A stretch of DNA of 39,110 nucleotides from Nemertoderma westbladi (Eukaryota > Animalia > Xenacoelomorpha): assembly GCA_032718475.1 (NCBI GenBank), contig JAUCBJ010009008.1, forward strand, positions 1-39,110, written 5' to 3'. The translations under genes were made by a program, and so were the position numbers. The notes beneath the pieces were generated by a model. That model was not told the origin of the DNA. It did not search any database and saw only the letters and a list, made by a program, of their open reading frames with translations. This document shows, piece by piece, positions 35,727 through 39,110 of this stretch (position 1 is its first letter; each line of letters begins with the position of its first letter).

Positions 35727-35772
35727 CGCCAGCACTGTAACCAGGGAGTTTCATACAGTATAAAAATCCCTA

Positions 35773-37560
35773 TGGTTCACTTTGTCCTGTTGTACCCTTT
35801 TTATAACATTTGTACCCTTTGACGTGGTTTTTGTACCCTTTGACATGGATTTTGTTCACTTTGTCTTGTTCTACCCTTTCTATAACATTTGTACCCTTTG
35901 ACGTGGTTTTTATAGCCTTTGACATCCCTGTTGTTCACTTTGTCCTGTTGTACATTTTCTATAACATTTGTACCCTTTGACGTGGTTTTTGTACCCTTTG
36001 ACATGGATGTTGTTCAGTTTGTCTTGTTCTACCCTTTCTATAACATTTGTACCCTTTGACGTGGTTTTTATACCCTTTGACATCCCTGTTGTTCACTTTG
36101 TCCTGTTGTACCTTTTCTATAACATTTGTACCCTTTGACGTGGTTTTTATACCCTTTGACATCCCTGTTGTTCACTTTGGCCTGTTGTACCCTTTCTATA
36201 ACATTTGTACCCTTTGACGTGGTTTTTATACCCTTTGACATCCCTGTTGTTCACTTTGGCCTGTTGTACCCTTTCTATAACATTTGTACCCTTTGACGTG
36301 GTTTTTATACCCTTTGACATCCCTGTTGTTCACTTTGTCCTGTTGTACATTTTCTATAACATTTGTACCCTTTGACGTGGTTTTTGTACCCTTTGACATG
36401 GATGTTGTTCAGTTTGTCTTGTTCTACCCTTTCTATAACATTTGTACCCTTTGACGTGGTTTTATACCCTTTGACATCCCTGTTGTTCACTTTGTCCTGT
36501 TGTACCTTTTCTATAACATTTGTACCCTTTGACATGGTTTTTATACCCTTTGACATCCCTGTTGTTCACTTTGTCCTGTTGTACCCTTTCTATAACATTT
36601 GTACCCTTTGACGTGGTTTTTATACCCTTTGACATCCCTGTTGTTCACTTTGGCCTGTTGTACCCTTTCTATAACATTTGTACCCTTTGACGTGGTTTTT
36701 ATACCCTTTGACATCCCTGTTGTTCACTTTGTCCTGTTGTACCTTTTCTATAACATTTGTACCCTTTGACGTGGTTTTTGTACCCTTTGACATGGATGTT
36801 GTTCAGTTTGTCTTGTTCTACCCTTTCTATAACATTTGTACCCTTTGACGTGGTTTTTATACCCTTTGACATCCCTGTTGTTCACTTTGTCCTGTTGTAC
36901 CTTTTCTATAACATTTGTACCCTTTGACGTGGTTTTTATACCCTTTGACATCCCTGTTGTTCACTTTGTCCTGTTGTACCCTTTCTATAACATTTGTACC
37001 CTTTGACGTGGTTTTTATACCCTTTGACATCCCTGTTGTTCACTTTGGCCTGTTGTACCCTTTCTATAACATTTGTACCCTTTGACGTGGTTTTTATACC
37101 CTTTGACATCCCTGTTGTTCACTTTGTCCTGTTGTACCTTTTCTATAACATTTGTACCCTTTGACGTGGTTTTTATACCCTTTAACATCCCTGTTGTTCA
37201 CTTTGTCCTGTTGTACCCTTTCTATAACATTTGTACCCTTTGACGTGGTTTTTATACCCTTTGACATCCCTGTTGTTCACTTCGTCCTGTTGTACCTTTT
37301 CTATAACATTTGTACCCTTTGACGTGGTTTTTATACCCTTTGACATCCCTGTGGTTCACTTTGTCTTGTTCTACCCTTTCTATAACATTTGTACCCTTTG
37401 ACGTGGTTCTTATACCCTTTAACATCCCTGTTGTTCACTTTGTCCTGTTGTACCTTTTCTATAACATTTATACCCTTTTACTTGTGTTTTGTACCCTTTC
37501 TATAACATTTGTACCCTTTTGCGAGGTTTTTGTACCCTTTGACATGGTTGTTTGTCCTGT
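35773..37560. repeat. Satellite, 79-bp unit, ~22 copies, two unit variants
   Basis: TTTGTACCCTTTGACGTGGTTTTTATACCCTTTGACATCCCTGTTGTTCACTTTGTCCTGTTGTACCYTTTCTATAACA. The ORFs at 35801 and 35959 are offset by 158 bp (2 x 79). Confidence 0.97.
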
Positions 37561-37612
37561 TCCTGTTGTACCGTTTTTCCATTTTTGTATTCTTTGACCT
37601 GTTCTATTCTTT

Positions 37613-37768
37613 CACCTGTTGTACTCTTTGACTTGTACTCTTTGACCTGTTGTACTCTTTGACTTGTTGTACTCTTTGACCTGTTGTACTCTTTGACCTG
37701 TTGTACTCTTTGACCTGTTGTACTCTTTGACCTGTTGTACTCTTTGACCTGTTGTACTCTTTGACCTG
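37613..37768. repeat. 17-bp tandem repeat (CCTGTTGTACTCTTTGA) x~9
   Basis: Read directly; related to the sub-repeats of the 79-bp unit. Confidence 0.93.
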
Positions 37769-38079
37769 TAGTAGGGGTGGGAGGTAGAGGGTGTAAAAAA
37801 TGATAGGTTTATAAAAATTGTTTAATACCAGTAAATTTTAAAATCTATCATTCACTGATCACAAAACTGAAAAAATTAATAAATTCCATCAATAATTGGA
37901 GTGTTGATCCTATTTTTAAATTTGACAGACATCCCAGATAACGAAACCACCATTAAGAAAAATAACATAAATGTATAAACTGCTTTTGCCTCGTTTAAGA
38001 TTATATAATACCTTATTAATAAGATTATTAATTTAAGATTAGGGGTTCAGTAATAGTTAGGATATAATGTTTATCCAAA

Positions 38080-38167
38080 AATATATCTTATATATAATAT
38101 ATATTATATTATTATATATATCTATATATATTATATTATTATATATATATATCTATATATATATATA
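38080..38167. repeat. Degenerate (TA)n microsatellite
   Basis: Read directly. Confidence 0.85.
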
Positions 38168-38562
38168 ACAAGTAGTACTTCTCCAAACCGCAGAAAGGAA
38201 AGATATATATTTACTTAATTGTTCTGCCGCTGCCGGAACTAACTCCCAAATGGTAAAACGCTAAAAAGTTTATAAATTTTCGATTATATTACATAATCTT
38301 TATCAAATAAACTAAAGCACTACTAAACTATAGACTACTGAACTAAAAAAAACTACTAAACTTTCTCAAATATAACTAATGTACTACCTAGCTAACTGCA
38401 CTAAACAACTAATTTAAATTATATGAAACCGAGCAACTCCACCCACCTACAGACTGACGGATAGGACTGTAATGTAAGTCTATTACAAACCAAGTACATC
38501 CCTGTGTACTGGAGCACTGTAGTACCAAACTGCAGAAAGGATACACTAAACCGGTCAGTAAC

Positions 38563-39110
38563 TGTTCGCGCTTTCGAAGACCTTTAGCAGTTTAACCTGC
38601 CAAAATTTATATGTCTTTTAGTTAATTAAAACCACTTTAGCATACGACAATAATTTATGCTAATACGCAAAACATTAGCCGAAGTCAGCCCATGCGCGAT
38701 CATTCACCCGATGGATCTACACCCGGGAGACTGAATTCGGATACTTGAATTGTATTATTACAGTGTAAGGTTGCAGTGTATACCTAATGTATTATTCGAT
38801 AGATCGTTAATAATTAATCTCTGACAGATATTATTGGCTTTCGGGAAATATTAACAGTTCCTTTAGGACGTGGCGCTTTATCTATTTAAACAGAACTAAG
38901 ACTTATACTAAAACGCAACGATACTGCTTATGATTAAAGTATAAAACGTATTCTTTAGGAAATACTTTGTTACCAATCACAATCATACACACTATTCTGC
39001 CGACAGTCAGTACATTTGATCACACATAAAGAGAGCAGTAATTGACTCACGTAGGGTCTGCTAAATAACATTGGATTCAATACACACCACATTAATATAA
39101 ATCGCAATTG
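38563..39110 (-). repeat. Dispersed non-coding repeat, copy B (runs off the window end)
   Basis: The reverse complement is colinear with 3064-3602, with exact blocks up to ~38 nt separated by diverged spacers. Confidence 0.85.

Noticed and set aside
35801-37597. Repeated 67-95 aa ORFs (MSKGIKTTSKG...)
   Set aside because: Translations of the 79-bp satellite.
3064-39110. Single giant Polinton/Teratorn-like element carrying FGF between TIRs
   Set aside because: The inverted copies are too diverged for a recent TIR pair, no TSD is visible, and I see no polymerase, capsid, ATPase or transposase genes. Kept only as a testable alternative.

Overview
Eukaryotic, AT-rich, repeat-dense genomic DNA, probably from a marine invertebrate. 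The TE/SINE repertoire and frequent TAGGCCTA are compatible with an echinoderm-like deuterostome (inference only). There are no operons, CRISPR arrays or rRNA. The only credible host gene is a secreted FGF (10559-11290, minus strand) whose whole CDS lies in one exon. It has FGF9/16/20-like motifs, a signal peptide and an FGF3-like loop insertion. The rest is layered mobile DNA: (1) a complete but decayed Ty3/Gypsy element (23117-28450; 130-bp LTRs, GTGCT TSD) carrying a nested Tc1/mariner-type MITE and a G21/C16 hairpin where the integrase catalytic Glu should be; (2) an internally deleted Gypsy (30727-33218; GGAAC TSD, apparent TA..TA LTR ends) that sits inside a SINE and contains a LINE endonuclease fragment; (3) RTE-like LINE fragments, tRNA-derived SINEs and several MITEs; (4) two large satellites (32-bp and 79-bp units) that appear to have grown from inverted subterminal repeats of non-autonomous DNA elements. 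A diverged non-coding block occurs in inverted orientation near both ends of the window (~3060-3600 and ~38560-39110). A CpG-rich, decayed coding-like block (765-2275) could not be identified.
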